Notes under the pieces: model-generated
Database searches by the model: none
Told to the model about the DNA's origin: nothing
Seen by the model: the letters and a program-made list of their open reading frames with translations, nothing else
From: Macrostomum hystrix
Taxonomy: Eukaryota; Animalia; Platyhelminthes
Reading direction: 5' to 3'
NCBI GenBank assembly: GCA_950097015.1
Contig: CATNEN010000029.1
Coordinates: 2,356,001-2,420,000 of the forward strand
Length of the DNA: 64,000 bases
Translations under genes and position numbers: made by a program
Shown here: positions 1 to 13,614 of the stretch, in pieces
Layout: each line of letters begins with the position of its first letter
Position numbering within the stretch: the first letter of the stretch is position 1

Positions 1-401
<401 letters not shown>

Positions 402-3400
402 TTAAAGAGTTTTTTATTTTTACTGAATTAACTAGATTGATGAAGAAAAGAAGAAGAAAGAAAAAAAAGAAGAAAGTGTCAGAAGCAGTCCTTTTTGTTC
501 ACATCACAAATGAAAATATATGTAGAGCTACATAGCACAAGAAAAATATTTAAAATTTGATTTAAGGAACTTGCACTATTTTACATAATAATTAAGTCCA
601 TCAATTATAAGTGGAACATGGAAATATAATTTGCCTTTTAACATACTAAAGAAGTACTCAGTGAATATAAGAAGATGCAAACCATAATCATAAATAAATA
701 TAGTTTAATAGCCACATCTTCTAACCTTTGTTTTTATATTTAATGGCTAGACAACAGCTTAGGACATTTGCTGATACTATTAACTATGCAATAGTAAAGC
801 TATGCCAAAACTAAAACTAAAATATTGTTAAAATGATATTTTCTTTATATATATTGTTTTTCATTTGAAGCTAAAGCTTTGCTTCATTCTAGTATCATTA
901 ATATATTGAAATATATAGCTGTATTATAAGCTATATAAGCTACTATATAGCTTATTACATAAAAACTTAATAATAGTCTATAGATCCACAAAAAACTCAA
1001 ATAAAAAAATTTGATGCCATTCTATTCTAAATTATAATTAAAAAATTGTTTAAAATTATTTTTCTAGAATTAATTTTGACAATAAACATACTAGTTATAT
1101 ATTTTTAATTCAAAAAAAACTTTTATATCAATTTTATTCCTAAATATACTTGTATTTTATTAACTATTCACTAATACTTAAAAAGGTAATTTGAATTTTT
1201 TTCTAATTTGGACTGAAGCTTGGCCCTATTATGTGGCTACACAATCTTCAGTCTTAAGTTAGAAATCTTGGGCATCTTTGATTGAATATTTTATTTAATT
1301 GGCAATAAGCATAGCAATGATGGTCAAGCAACAATTAAACAAGCTGGTTGCGATGTCAAAATGCTAACTGACTTAGCCAGGTGCAAGACAGTGAACAGTC
1401 AATATATATTTTGTAAATTTTCAATTAGACATAGTTAAACATATTAAACCATGTTCTTAAGCTATACATTTTAGCACATTAAAAAAAGTGGGATTCCACA
1501 CATCTGAGCAAAAAGAACTGCAGTTGAATAGGTTTTCATAGTTTTCCAATTCAGCTTGTGTATTAGCAAATATTTATGTTTTGTTCATTGATTAGATTAG
1601 GAGATTAGATTTGATTAGGACTACTGTCATCAGCCATATACTATTTACTTAGCTAAATAGTGGTTTGTGACCTAGAATTTTTACGTGAGTATTCTAAGAT
1701 TGAAACAAACTTACTTTGTTTTAACTTGCGCCACAGAAGTTAGGACATTTTAGAACAGAGCAACTCAGAGTCTCAAAGACAAAACATTATGTAATGATAT
1801 GCAGATAGCTTGCTAATTAGTAATTCTTTAATTCATAAAAATTACATGCTTTGTATCTCAGGGCTAACGACATAGCACTGTTAATCTAGGCCATTGCTAA
1901 TTTTTCAATTGCTAAAATTACTATACAATAATTTAGAAAGTAGTAGTTTTAACTTCTAAGAAAGAAAAAAAAAGTTAAGAGAAAAAAATTTATTTTAATT
2001 TAATTTTTTTAACAAGCCGATCGCCCTTAATAAAAAATAGATAATATTATCAAGTGTTTATGTATTATTATACAATATTTTGTGATCTCTAGCAAGCCGT
2101 AATAGCTTTATAAGTTTAGAATCTGATAATTATATTTATGTTACAATATACGAAAAGCATATTAACTGTTTAAAAATTATACGAAGAAGTGAAATTTATA
2201 AGAGACTAAAATCAAGACCTATGTCGTAGCAAAATACAGGAATGATAGTAGACTGATTTAACAGAGAATAGAGAAGCCATAGGTGTGTAACTAGGTGAGA
2301 TATGTGTAGACGGTGGAACGACGAATAATTGTTGTTTAAACTTTTAATAATAAAACAAAAATACAGACAAAAAGTTGCAAATACGATTTAATACTATTTA
2401 TAAACCTCAGATACTTTTTAATTAGGTAAGCTAATACAATTTTGTGATCATGTTTAAATAGACTATTCACGAGAATACCTCGTGAATCTAATGTTTATTG
2501 TACGTATAAATCTTTCACCGCATTGTTTTCCGCATGGTTTTCCGCATGGTTTTCCGCATGGTTTTTTTTCCTGTATTTTTGCATCATGCTGACTTGAATA
2601 AAGCACTCATGTGCTGCAATAATCCTTGGTAACATTTTTAGCAAACATATGAAAGAGATTCTAACAACTATATCATACAAGATTATATGATACTAGGTCA
2701 TATCTTATCATGCCATATCATACCATAACATGCCATATTATACCATATCATGCCATATAATACAAAATCATGCCATATCATACCAGATTATGCCATATCA
2801 TACCATATCATACCAGATCATGTCATATGCTAACATATAGACTACTTCATCATACAAGATTAATACTATACCAGGTCATATCATACCATTCATTAAATTA
2901 AATTACAGTTTCACAGTAATTTTTACACCATACAAAAGTTATTTCTTTTGCTTTTTAATTAGTGAATTGCTATAAATAATTTTAGCGTAAATTTGGGAAA
3001 TTAGTAATTAAAGATCTTACTGATTTTAAAGTATAGTGTGAAGAGTTCGCGTAGAGTCAATTTAGAAAGTATAAAAGCAGAACTCTACATGTTGTCTGCA
3101 TGGCTTCCTTTCATTGTACACCAGCCTGCGGAATAAACGATGAGTTTTCGGTTTCATTGAGTTAGTTCAGTCTATTCGATCAAAAAGGCCAGGTGCAAAA
3201 GCGCCGCGCAGCCAGGCCATCGCTGGGGGCTTCTATGGCTGATATAAAGCGGCCTCTATATGCATGTCCTCATGCAGCGACGGCCGAGATCAGCAACTGC
3301 CGGAGCGACGCGTGGAAGATGGGAAATTCGCACAAGTTGTTGACTTTCTTAATATTCATCGAAACTTGCTCGAAAGAATTTTTTGGAATTTTGGCTTTGG

Positions 3401-4059
3401 GCTTTGTTCAATTTCGTCATATATTGATCCCCCTCTCTCTCTCTCTTATAGACTCAAAATTGGCCTATACACCTTAAAATTGTAAATGGGCGGAATCAGA
3501 TCGTGGTTGACGACATACAAAGTAGATTCTATTGTTTAATTGTTGGCCATGGGCTTCGACAAACGTTTATAATGTAATATAATTTTCTTGTCTGTCTACA
3601 GCGAGACAGCTAGTGTTTCCATAGACAGCGAGACAAAGGCATTGGTTTGTAACCCAGTGTCAGAATCGAATGACCGATGTCATAGTTGCTTGCAAAGTGT
3701 CAACAAAGCTTGAAGTTTGTCAATATCGGATGCAAATTGTCAGAAGTGAACCAAAGTTTGTCAAAATAGGATGAACATTTTAGCTATGCGCTGCCAAAGG
3801 CTGTCAAAATTGGATGCAACGATGTCAATATCGAGTGCACCTTTTCCAAAATAGAAAGTAAAATGTGTAGTAGCATGTATTAGTTTATGGTCCACTAGGC
3901 TATCATGATGTTGGGCACTTTAAAAAGAGATCACTTCGGGTATGGAACCATCAGGGGAATTGCAGAATCCTATCGTGATTAGAAATATGCACTTTAAATG
4001 GTATTTAGCATGTAAAATAAATGCTTAATATGGAGCTATCGATAATAATGTTGATGACG

Positions 4060-4400
4060 TAATCTACATCTCGCTTCCTTATACTTAAACGTTGCGATTC
4101 GAAAGACGAAAGATGGAGTAGCAACTCGCTGGCAGCATATGCTGGAGATAGGTATATGGACATCGGCACCATCCGCTACATGCGACTTCGGGTGTGCAGC
4201 GTGCGATTTATCGACGGCTCTCTTACAAACTTTCCGATCTCGTTGGTTATGGAAGTGCTCAAACAAGAAGCCGCTATCGAGTGCGGGCTCAGTAGCTGAA
4301 ATCTTGTTGCTGACAACTCAACAAAAGGCCTTGGGCAACGAGCTGCACTCTCGAATCGAAATAACGTAGAGAAATGGACATTCGTCGTTAATAGAGTCAA
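4060..4400 (+). pseudogene. Possible heavily decayed Penelope-like reverse transcriptase fragment
   Basis: Fragments in different frames (SLYLNVAI; GSLTNFPISLVMEVLKQEA; NELHSRIEIT*RNGH) occur in the order expected for the Penelope RT motifs SLYTNVP, GSPLSP..A.L.ME.LE and N.LHP.I.FT.E.E.NG. The similarity is weak and judged by eye. Confidence 0.25.
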
Positions 4401-5582
4401 AATACGAATTTTTGCACACTAACGAAGATGGCAGTCATCTGTACGTGTTTACTGGGCACAATAGTGCTCTTGGAAGCTAAGAACCTCATAATCTGTGCTC
4501 TATCTGTGCTTTTTGCACAAAATCACGTTTTTCGATTTTGACAGTCGATTATAACAAAATTTTGCAACTGACAGACGTGAATGTCACTTTTTCTGAGCGT
4601 AGTCATCTAGGTGTTTCTAATAAGTACAAATTTTGGCTCATTCTTTTCCTTCCCCTATCCTTAGTATAGGTACAAAGTCTTTATTTCATTTCCAGCAAGT
4701 CACGTGACCTGGCCTGAGGTGTACAAAACATCGTGCAATGACAGCGAACATACACTCAAATAAAAGTACATCAAAAATGTAGTTCAATGACACCAAGCAC
4801 GCCGCGCTCCGGTAATCCGCTCAAAAGTTACAGGCTAAAAATAATGTTCGGTATGCAAGCCCCCGTACTGTCGATAAAGTACATTTCCGTACCGGCAACG
4901 ACTTCAATGAACGAAGACAAAATTTCAAGATATACATATTGTGCGCAATTTAGTTGTGCACCTTGCCTAAAAAGTCAGATTTTCCGAGCATGTCCTCGTT
5001 TCTTATTTTTTGTACATTTGTATCATGAAAAATGCATAAAAATAGCCTAAATCACGTTTTGGACTTTAGCAGTGTATGGCTCAGAGTCAATGCGCCGAAA
5101 CGGCTCAAAATGTATTTTAAACATGTAGATCTTACCTAAATGACCTCACAGATTCATGTACTTTTTAGAGTCTCGCAACAAGGTTGAATTTCCTCTATTT
5201 TGGTTCGAATACCTACCCGTCGAATATTCGAATGTAATTAACAGGTGCGAAAGTATAGTTAAAGTGAGTATCTTGGTTAAAGTCGTGCGTTATGTAACAG
5301 TCCCAGGTGCCATCGTTAGTATGGTGCCATTCGCGTCAGCGCGACCTTTGAGCTGCGTCAGTTGAAAGTTGAAAAAATGCACATTTTTCGACATTTGAAA
5401 AACACACTTTTACAGAATTATCTGTCAAGGTAAGCATTTAGCGGAAAATAACTAATCAGTGTCTTGTATGTCCGAAAATTCGCCAAAAGTTGGGTTCAAT
5501 CAATTTTTTACTCTATATTGTGAATCCTTATTTTTTGAGATTCAATTAAGATTTCGACGGGTCTCAAAAAAGTCACTTTTTC

Positions 5583-5618
5583 GTTGCCATGGCAACTAAG
5601 ACGCGTTGCTATGGAAAT
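5583..5618. promoter_or_regulatory. Two adjacent RFX X-box-like motifs
   Basis: Perfect palindrome GTTGCCATGGCAAC (5583-5596) followed by GTTGCTATGGAAAT (5605-5618). Confidence 0.4.
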
Positions 5619-7708
5619 TTCACGTCGCTCATCTTGTAGCCCTAAATGTTTTACGTCCATAGAGGGGTCACACATGGTTTTATCTCAAGTGGTTTTAATT
5701 CTGAATCAATTTTAGTTTCTAAAACGTTGATTTTACTTTCGGGGAGTCTCGCTTCCGCTCGCATCGCTCCTCGTTGGCAATTTTTCCGGACTGCACTTCG
5801 ACCTAACTAGCTGCCCTCGATTGCCATTGTTGCAGCGGTTGATCTCGCTGCTGCTGCTGTGGATGCTGCGTAGATTGACCAGCCGAACGTGCAACGTTAG
5901 ACTGTAGTTGAGCTGCTGTTGATGCTAAAGCGTCGACACATGCTGGAGAGACTGCGGACAATGACAGTGGTGTAGAACGTGGCGCATCGACTCACCATTC
6001 TCGCACAGCATTTCCGCCACCTCCTTTGCATAATTGTCATCGGCTAGCTGCGATGACAACGCACTGGTAGCATTACTTGTGACAGTTGCAGCTGCCAAAT
6101 CGGAGGCGGCATTCTCGTCTGCATTATCTACACTACCAATCCATTCATCCACTACCTCCAGCTGAGCATCATCTGCGAAAATATCGTCGACGTGTCCTCG
6201 GCTGAATCTTTTTGCAGAGCTGCCTCGTCAACACCAGATTGGTATTACAGGTACAGAATTCCCGCAAACAGGATAGTCGCCGGCACCGTAGACTGATTTG
6301 ACGGCACGCCGATAATTGCACGAAGATTTCGCACGAGTATCTTCTTCACCATCAGGAAGAAGCCGATCTAGGAAGAAACATCAAAAGTAAAATTGCTCTT
6401 TCGTTGAGCAGAAAACATTGATTTATGATATTAATGCTGATCTGTTTATGTAATCTATTGTGCTTTTCCAAATAGCAAAAAATTCACTTATAATATAATT
6501 TGATCAGTCGCACAATTGTGAGAAGGCGACATGAGCAGCCTATCGCCTCGATCCACCGGGAAAGGGCGCAAGTACCAACAATTTAAACCGGTCGAAAGCC
6601 TCGATAACCTATAGCTACCATGGTTTCACCGGGAGCTCATTGCCTCGATATCTTTTCTCACGTTGTATATTGTATTGCAGAATAAACCACCAGAAGCCAT
6701 GTAGAAGTCAGTCAGAATTTTTAATATCGAATTCTCGACGATTTCATTTCCTTAAAACAATATAATCATAATTATTCTTCTAACTGCACGGTTTACATTA
6801 TGTTGATAGCGTACGAGTATAAGTTGTCGGTATTACCAAGATTTTTCAATCTACTAGTGCATTTTATAATTCTAACGGCAACGGATGTGCCTCAAAAGCA
6901 CAATCCTTTCATTCAGATTATAATGAAGGGTCCAGCGGGGGGGACGCATGTCAACATGCAGTAGGTGGAGAAATTTGAGATCATACTTAGGGTGCGACGG
7001 TAATTTCAATATTATCTTACGTTTCCCTACACTTTTATTCGAAAGTGTTTAAAGAACATCATTAATTAGGGTCGCTCTCGGGCATTTGCAACACCCTTGA
7101 TTTACTCTATTAACTAATTCAATCATCAATTAATTCCTACTTTTTTGCTCAGGAAAATATGAGCACGTAACTGAGTGAGCACTTACACTAGTAATTGATG
7201 CATTACATAAGTCACAAAGTTAATTCAGAAACTATTTAGATAACTCACGAGCTCCTGTTTTAAAGTATAAAACGCTACCGCTCATTTTGAATGTTTTCTT
7301 ATATTAAGTTTTGCTTAAGATTAAACAAACTGGTCTATTAGAATACCTAACCAAAAAAGTATAGCAATTAATGATAGATTGTATAATTTTTAAAAGAGCT
7401 GTCTAAGAGATGTTTTTGCGTTTGTATTTAAATAATTAGAATCGTTGCATTTTGCAAGAAATATCTTTCAAGGGTCTGGGTGTAATTTTCATAATTTCAC
7501 AAAAGCTGTAACTCTAAGATAGTAATGCGCGATTGCTTTGTATTATGGCAATCTTCAATGGATTTTTGAAACAAGATACCAAACTGACAGATTTATTTTA
7601 TAGTGGTTTTCATAATTTTTATAACTGTACTCTTATAGCTAAAGTAGACTAAACGTCTTAGCAAAAAATCTACTCTATTAACACTGTCATAACTCATAAT
7701 ATTAGTAA

Positions 7709-8011
7709 GTTGTAGCCTAGTGGTTAGGGCGTTGGACTCACGACTTGAAGGTCGGGGGTTCGATTCCCGACTCCACTGGAACAATTTGTGTCCTTTAGCA
7801 AGACACTTAACTCTGCATTGCTTCAGTTCACCCAGCTGTTAAATGGGTACCAGCATCAGCTGGGATAATTGAAGGTGGGTGTGGCGTCCCCCCAGTCCAT
7901 GGACTGAACAGCTGTACGCAGCCTTCAGATGTGCTGCGCATTAGCTGCTGCTGTGCTGTTGGCTGCACATCTGACCTAATTGGGGCAGGTGTAATAAAAA
8001 AAAAATAAAAA
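7709..8011 (+). mobile_element. tRNA-derived SINE with CORE-like domain, copy 1
   Basis: A box TAGCCTAGTGGTTAGGGCG, B box GGTTCGATTCC, CORE-like segment at 7787-7847 and an A-rich tail. Target-site duplication ATTAGTAA at 7701-7708 and 8012-8019. Confidence 0.9.
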
Positions 8012-8334
8012 ATTAGTAAGTTAATCGCATCATAACCGTTCATGCAGAAATTTTTTTAGTTAAACTAACATTTTAAAATCCATTTCGTAAGTTTTTATAA
8101 AAAACTATAATTAAATTTATGAACTTCTTTTATAAAAAAAGATGGATGGATCATGGATATAATTTTTAGCTTGGCTAGGCTAGCCTTAACCTAAGCAATG
8201 TTTTTTATCAAAAGTTTCTTAATTTTCGATTTATACATTTTTTAATGTACTACTTTTAGTTGTAAAGTTGAAATAAACAATTTTGCTCAGTATGTATGCT
8301 TAAGTATTTTTGCTACATTGCACATCTTCAATAA

Positions 8335-8640
8335 CAATAATAATAATTGATTATACCTGCCCCAATTGGGTCAGATGTGCAGCCAACAGCACAGCTGCAG
8401 CTAATGCGTGGCACATCTGAAGGCTGCATACAGGTGTTCAGTCCACGGACTCGGGGGACGCCACACCCACCTTTAATTATCCCAGCTGATGCTGGTACCC
8501 ATTTAACAGCTGGGTGAACTGAAGCAGTGCAGAGTTAAGTGTCTTGCTAAAGGACACAAATTGTTCCAGTGGAGTCAGGAATCAAACCCCCAACCTTCAA
8601 GTCGTGAGTCCGATGCCCTAACCACTAGGCTACAACCTCT
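8335..8640 (-). mobile_element. tRNA-derived SINE with CORE-like domain, copy 2 (inverted relative to copy 1)
   Basis: Reverse complement of copy 1 with scattered substitutions and a (TTA)n tail. 13-bp TSD ACATCTTCAATAA at 8322-8334 and 8641-8653. Confidence 0.9.
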
Positions 8641-10150
8641 ACATCTTCAATAAAAATATGAGATCTAATCTAGTAATAGCTTGGCTATCTTGCAGTTTTG
8701 CACCTTAAATTATTTGCTTCTCTTTAAAATTTATTTTAGCTAATAATAATGATATTTTATGTAGTTAGACAAAGTTTGACTAAGTGTTTAGTGTGGGGCC
8801 TAACAAGTAAAAAAACTATGAACAAGTTTTGTCAATGTGACAGTCAGTTATATATGTAGGATTACCTAGACTAGGTAGTAGCAGGTAAAACAGAACAAGA
8901 GATTGCTGAATGCCTTTGCACAATAGATCCAATGCCACAGACACTCCTTGATATGGCTGTTGAAAAGGCTTCCAGTTAATTTAGCGACAGTCCAATTCTG
9001 CTACAACTAATTAGGCAACAAGTCAGTTTGGCAACAGTCAATTTGGCGACAGCAAAAAAGGTTCTGCAAGAAATTATATAAATTGAGAGTTTAATTCGAC
9101 ATGACATGTATCAGTGACTTATTCTTTGGACATTTATTCGTTTTTTGTTTGAGTATTATTAGATTATTTTTTGGGTGAAATTATTTTCCAATCTCTGCTT
9201 TTATAAATTGGGTGTTGTAGATGCCCGGGAGTGTCCTCAGACTGACAGCGTCATTGTAAGTAAAAAGGTTATGCTCCTTTCTGAGCTCTTGTTTTCACTT
9301 GGACTATATACAAGCAGATTGACACAATTTATGTTTGTGAGCGAGCAATTTAAAATGTTTTTTTATCACACAAAAGTAAAAATGCATATAAACATCAAGT
9401 GCCTCATCAAAAGCTTACATACCATATGTATGCAATAAGTACTGTATGGTAAAAAGCTGTTAAAATGTGCATGCTCAACATGTAGATTAAAAACTCAAGG
9501 GCCATTCAGCAGGCTGCATGATTCAAACAATTTTTCTGAGGTCTGCTCTACAGAGAGATATTCGGCCCAATAGCACTGGTACTGCAGGTCCCGCCGGCGA
9601 TAATTTACCCTTTGTCGTATTTGCTGGGTACCTTGAGCAACATACACTCAAGGTAACCCAGTACACAATTGCTAGCCTTATTATCAAATACATGCATGAA
9701 TAAAAATTACCTTCATTCCAATATACTCTACTTATAGTAGAGTTCTTGAGTTCTTACAGAGACTCAAAGAAATGATGTTAATTTAAATCATTGTACCATC
9801 CAAAATTAGTAAAAGCATCATAAATTAGTAAACCAAGTACATGTAGCCAGTCAAATAATTCTCAAATGACATGTGAATTTTTTATGTTTTCATTCTGCAC
9901 ACATTCCCGCACAAACTAAGCAAAAATGGTAATAAACCCATGAATTCGTTTTATTTTATTAATTTTTATCTTAGCAAGCAGGCAGAGTTTCGAAAGGGCT
10001 TTTTTGTTCAGTTTAATAACTATAATTTTCTTCTTGTATATCATTATATGATTCTTGAATATAACCATAGAAGGCTTTATTTATTGAAATAAGCAATTAT
10101 AACCGATATTGTTTAAAATAAATTGCAGTGTTCTAATCTAAATCAGCAGC

Positions 10151-11670
10151 ATGTACAACGGCATAGGCTTGACAACGCCGCGTGGCAGTGGCACCAACGG
10201 CTATGTGCAGCGCAACATTGCATTTGTTAAACGAGCCAAAGAGCGAGTTGACTACAAGAGCGAAGCTGAACTGCGCCGTGCTGACGAGCTCATGTTTAAA
10301 GAACCAAATAAAGAGATTCTTGAGCACGAGAGGAAGCGCAAGATTGAATTGAAGTGCGCCGAAATGGAGGAGCTCATGGAGGAGCAGGGGTGAGCACTGT
10401 TCAACTTCCGTCTCAACTTCAGAGACGATAGAGAGAGATAGATTTGAGCGAAGTTGAGCTAGCTTTTATTGATGAAATGCGAGAAAGTATTTGGATTGAA
10501 AAAGCTTAGGCATGCGTAAATTGTGTTAAAGTTGGCCGTAAAAAACACTCAGAGCGGCAGGAAAGTGTACAATCAAAGCAACAACAAATCAGAGAACGAG
10601 AACCGAAAACGATCAAGTAGATAAAAACAATTCTTAAATACAGTCTTTATAAGGACAACCAATTCTTTTAAATGAGAAATAAATAGTGTGCTAAAAACTC
10701 AGGCGAAAAGTAGCCTACTGCAGTTAATTAATTCAGATATATGCACTGGGGGCTGATGAAAGCCTCAGACAGGTGGGAAGTCCAGGACGGATCAGTCCCA
10801 TGCCAGGTCCTTGGACACATGCGGCCCGGCCCTGCTGTTGTGCTACTGCTGACTGTGGTATGTACTGGGTGGAGCTAAATGAAAGCCTTCGCTGCATTGC
10901 GTGCAACTTGTTCGCTGTTCCAATAGAGCCTCGGACGACTGTTAAACGAGATTTATTGTCAAAATAAGAGGAGATCAATCGCTGGTCCTGGGAGAAGATA
11001 GACGAAAGCGAAACTAGACACGCAGTGAAAGAACTTCTTTTAGTTTTACATTAATGAAACCGATATTTCGGCCTTCGTCAGGTCTTTTATATTTCATTTA
11101 AAATGACGTGCCATTTTCCTATATCCATTGCACATTAACAGCTTCGACGCTGAGGAAATTCGTCGGAAGGTTTCAAATTTTCGCAAATTTCTCGCCGTCG
11201 AAGACGAGCAACAACAAAAGCAGCGACTGGAATCCGCTGCCGCCACTGGCAGGCCAATCTTTCCGTCCGTTGCTAAGGACGCAGAGACTGGCCGACCAGT
11301 TGCTAAGGGGACGCACGAGGTCACGGCGGCCAGACAGCAGCAGGCTGAGCTAATGCGCGACGCTTTGAAGATCGATCGCAGCCGCGAAGCCGGCTCCACA
11401 GCGGCCTCGGCTACAGCCGCATCCGCCCTGCCCTACCTGCGCTCCGATTCCGACGATTCGGAAGATTCCGACTCAGATTCCGCCGCAGCTAAAAAATCTG
11501 CCAAGAAGGCGGCTAAAAAAGAGCGAAAAAAGGACAAAGAAAAGAAAGACAAGAAGAAAAAGAAGAAGTCAAAGCGCAGCAAGAAGGATAAGGCGGACAA
11601 GAAGGATCGATCGGGCAGGCGCGAGCGCAGCCGGAGTCCGATGGCGCGCTCCGGTGACAGGCGGAAATGA
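10151..11670 (+). CDS. SRRM2: Cwc21/SRRM2-like splicing factor (cwf21 domain), 2 exons: 10151-10389 and 11142-11670, about 255 aa
   Basis: The N-terminus MYNGIGLTTPRGSGTNGYVQRN and NKEILEHERKRKIELKC are the hallmark of Cwc21/SRRM2. A phase-2 intron (GG|gtgagc ... ttaacag|C) joins exon 1 to FDAEEIRRKVSNFRKFL. The C-terminus has an acidic Ser/Asp stretch, a Lys-rich stretch and a short RS tail. Confidence 0.9.
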
Positions 11671-11964
11671 GACTTGCACATACCTTAGCCGTGTCTTGAA
11701 TGCTGATCATTCAATTGAACTGCTCTCTGTCTGTGCATTGGGCACAAAGTTTGCTGTTCATTTGTAAATTTCCAATTTCATTATCATTGCCTTTGTTGCT
11801 TATTTGTTTGCTATTATGACATAATTTAACAACTGAGAGGCCTTTCGTACTCCCATAATTTATCTATTAGAATGCGACATCCCCCACAGCCATCGGAACA
11901 TCGGAACAACTTTAATTATTAATAAGTGATACTTTTTGTGTCTCAAATCATTTTAGGACAACTG

Positions 11965-13425
11965 GTTGGCTGCACAATTGTCTGTTGGTGGATAATTTTC
12001 TGCGTGGACAATTGTCTGTTGGTGGATAATTTTCTGCGTGGACAATTGTCTGTTGGTGGATAATTTTCTGCGTGGACAATTGTCTGTTGGTGGATAATTT
12101 TCTGCGTGGACAATTGTCTGTTGGTGGATAATTTTCTGCGTGGACAATTGTCTGTTGGTGGATAATTTTCTGCGTGGACAATTGTCTGTTGGTGGATAAT
12201 TTTCTGCGTGGACAATTGTCTGTTGGTGGATAATTTTCTGCGTGGACAATTGTCTGTTGGTGGATAATTTTCTGCGTGGACATTGTCTGTTGGTGGATAA
12301 TTTTCTGCGTGGACAATTGTCTGTTGGTAGATAATTTTCTGCGTGGACATTGTCTGTTAGGGGATAATTTTCTGCGTGGACAATTGTCTGTTGGGGGATA
12401 ATTTTCTGCGTGGACAATTGTCTGTTAGGGGATAATTTCTGCGTGGACAATTGTCTGTTAGGGGATAATTTCTGCGTGGACATTGTCTGTTGGGGGATAA
12501 TTTCTGCGTGGACATTGTCTGTTAGGGGATAATTTCTGCGTGGACATTGTCTGTTAGGGGATAATTTTCTGCGTGGACAATTGTCTGTTGGGGGATAATT
12601 TTCTGCGTGGACAATTGTCTGTTAGGGGATAATTTCTGCGTGGACAATTGTCTGTTAGGGGATAATTTCTGCGTGGACATTGTCTGTTGGAGGATAATTT
12701 TCTGCGTGGACAATTGTCTGTTAGGGGATAATTTTCTGCGTGGACAATTGTCTGTTAGGGGATAATTTTCTGCGTGGACATTGTCTGTTGGGGGATAATT
12801 TTCTGCGTGGACAATTGTCTGTTGGGGGATAATTTTCTGCGTGGACAATTGTCTGTTGGTGGATAATTTTCTGCGTGGACAATTGTCTGTTGGTGGATAA
12901 TTTTCTGCGTGGACATTGTCTGTTAGGGGATAATTTTCTGCGTGGACAATTGTCTGTTAGGGGATAATTTTCTGCGTGGACATTGTCTGTTGGGGGATAA
13001 TTTTCTGCGTGGACATTGTCTGTTGGGGGGATAATTTTCTGCGTGGACAATTGTCTGTTGGGGGATAATTTTCTGCGTGGACAATTGTCTGTTGGGGGAT
13101 AATTTTCTGCGTGGACAATTGTCTGTTGGTGGATAATTTTCTGCGTGGACAATTGTCTGTTGGTGGATAATTTTCTGCGTGGACAATTGTCTGTTGGTGG
13201 ATAATTTTCTGCGTGGACAATTGTCTGTTGGTGGATAATTTTCTGCGTGGACAATTGTCTGTTGGTGGATAATTTTCTGCGTGGACAATTGTCTGTTGGT
13301 GGATAATTTTCTGCGTGGACAATTGTCTGTTGGTGGATAATTTTCTGCGTGGACAATTGTCTGTTGGTGGATAATTTTCTGCGTGGACATTGTCTGTTGG
13401 AGGATAATTTTCTGCGTGGACAAGT
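11965..13425. repeat. 33-34 bp minisatellite
   Basis: Unit GACAATTGTCTGTTGGTGGATAATTTTCTGCGTG, about 40 copies with GG(T/G/A)GG variants. Confidence 0.97.
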
Positions 13426-13614
13426 GTGTGCTAGTGATATTTCGGGGAAATCTTTCCCAGTTGTATTTTTTGTCATCTCTTCTATTTCACTTTACTGGTG
13501 TATCAAATTTCATACACTTTCTGTTATTTTGGGCAGAATTTAATTGTGAATATGAAATTAAATAAATGACAATGTTGCTTTTTGTCTGTCTGTAATGCTT
13601 TTATTCCTTATGTT

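Noticed and set aside
2520-2890. Short 12-bp (TTTCCGCATGGT) and degenerate 10-bp (ATACCATATC) repeats
   Set aside because: Ordinary low-copy simple repeats with no further structure.
3085-3330. Possible H/ACA snoRNA (U17/snR30-like AAGCCAT...ACA) or TOP-type start of RPS27A on the minus strand
   Set aside because: No H box at the proper position and the basal stem partner is missing. There is a pyrimidine tract but no convincing nearby donor.
7711-7780. tRNA gene
   Set aside because: The anticodon stem pairs poorly and there is no oligo-T terminator. It continues into a SINE body with a tail and TSDs.
11943-13476. Multiple repetitive ORFs on the minus strand
   Set aside because: They are translations of the 34-bp minisatellite.
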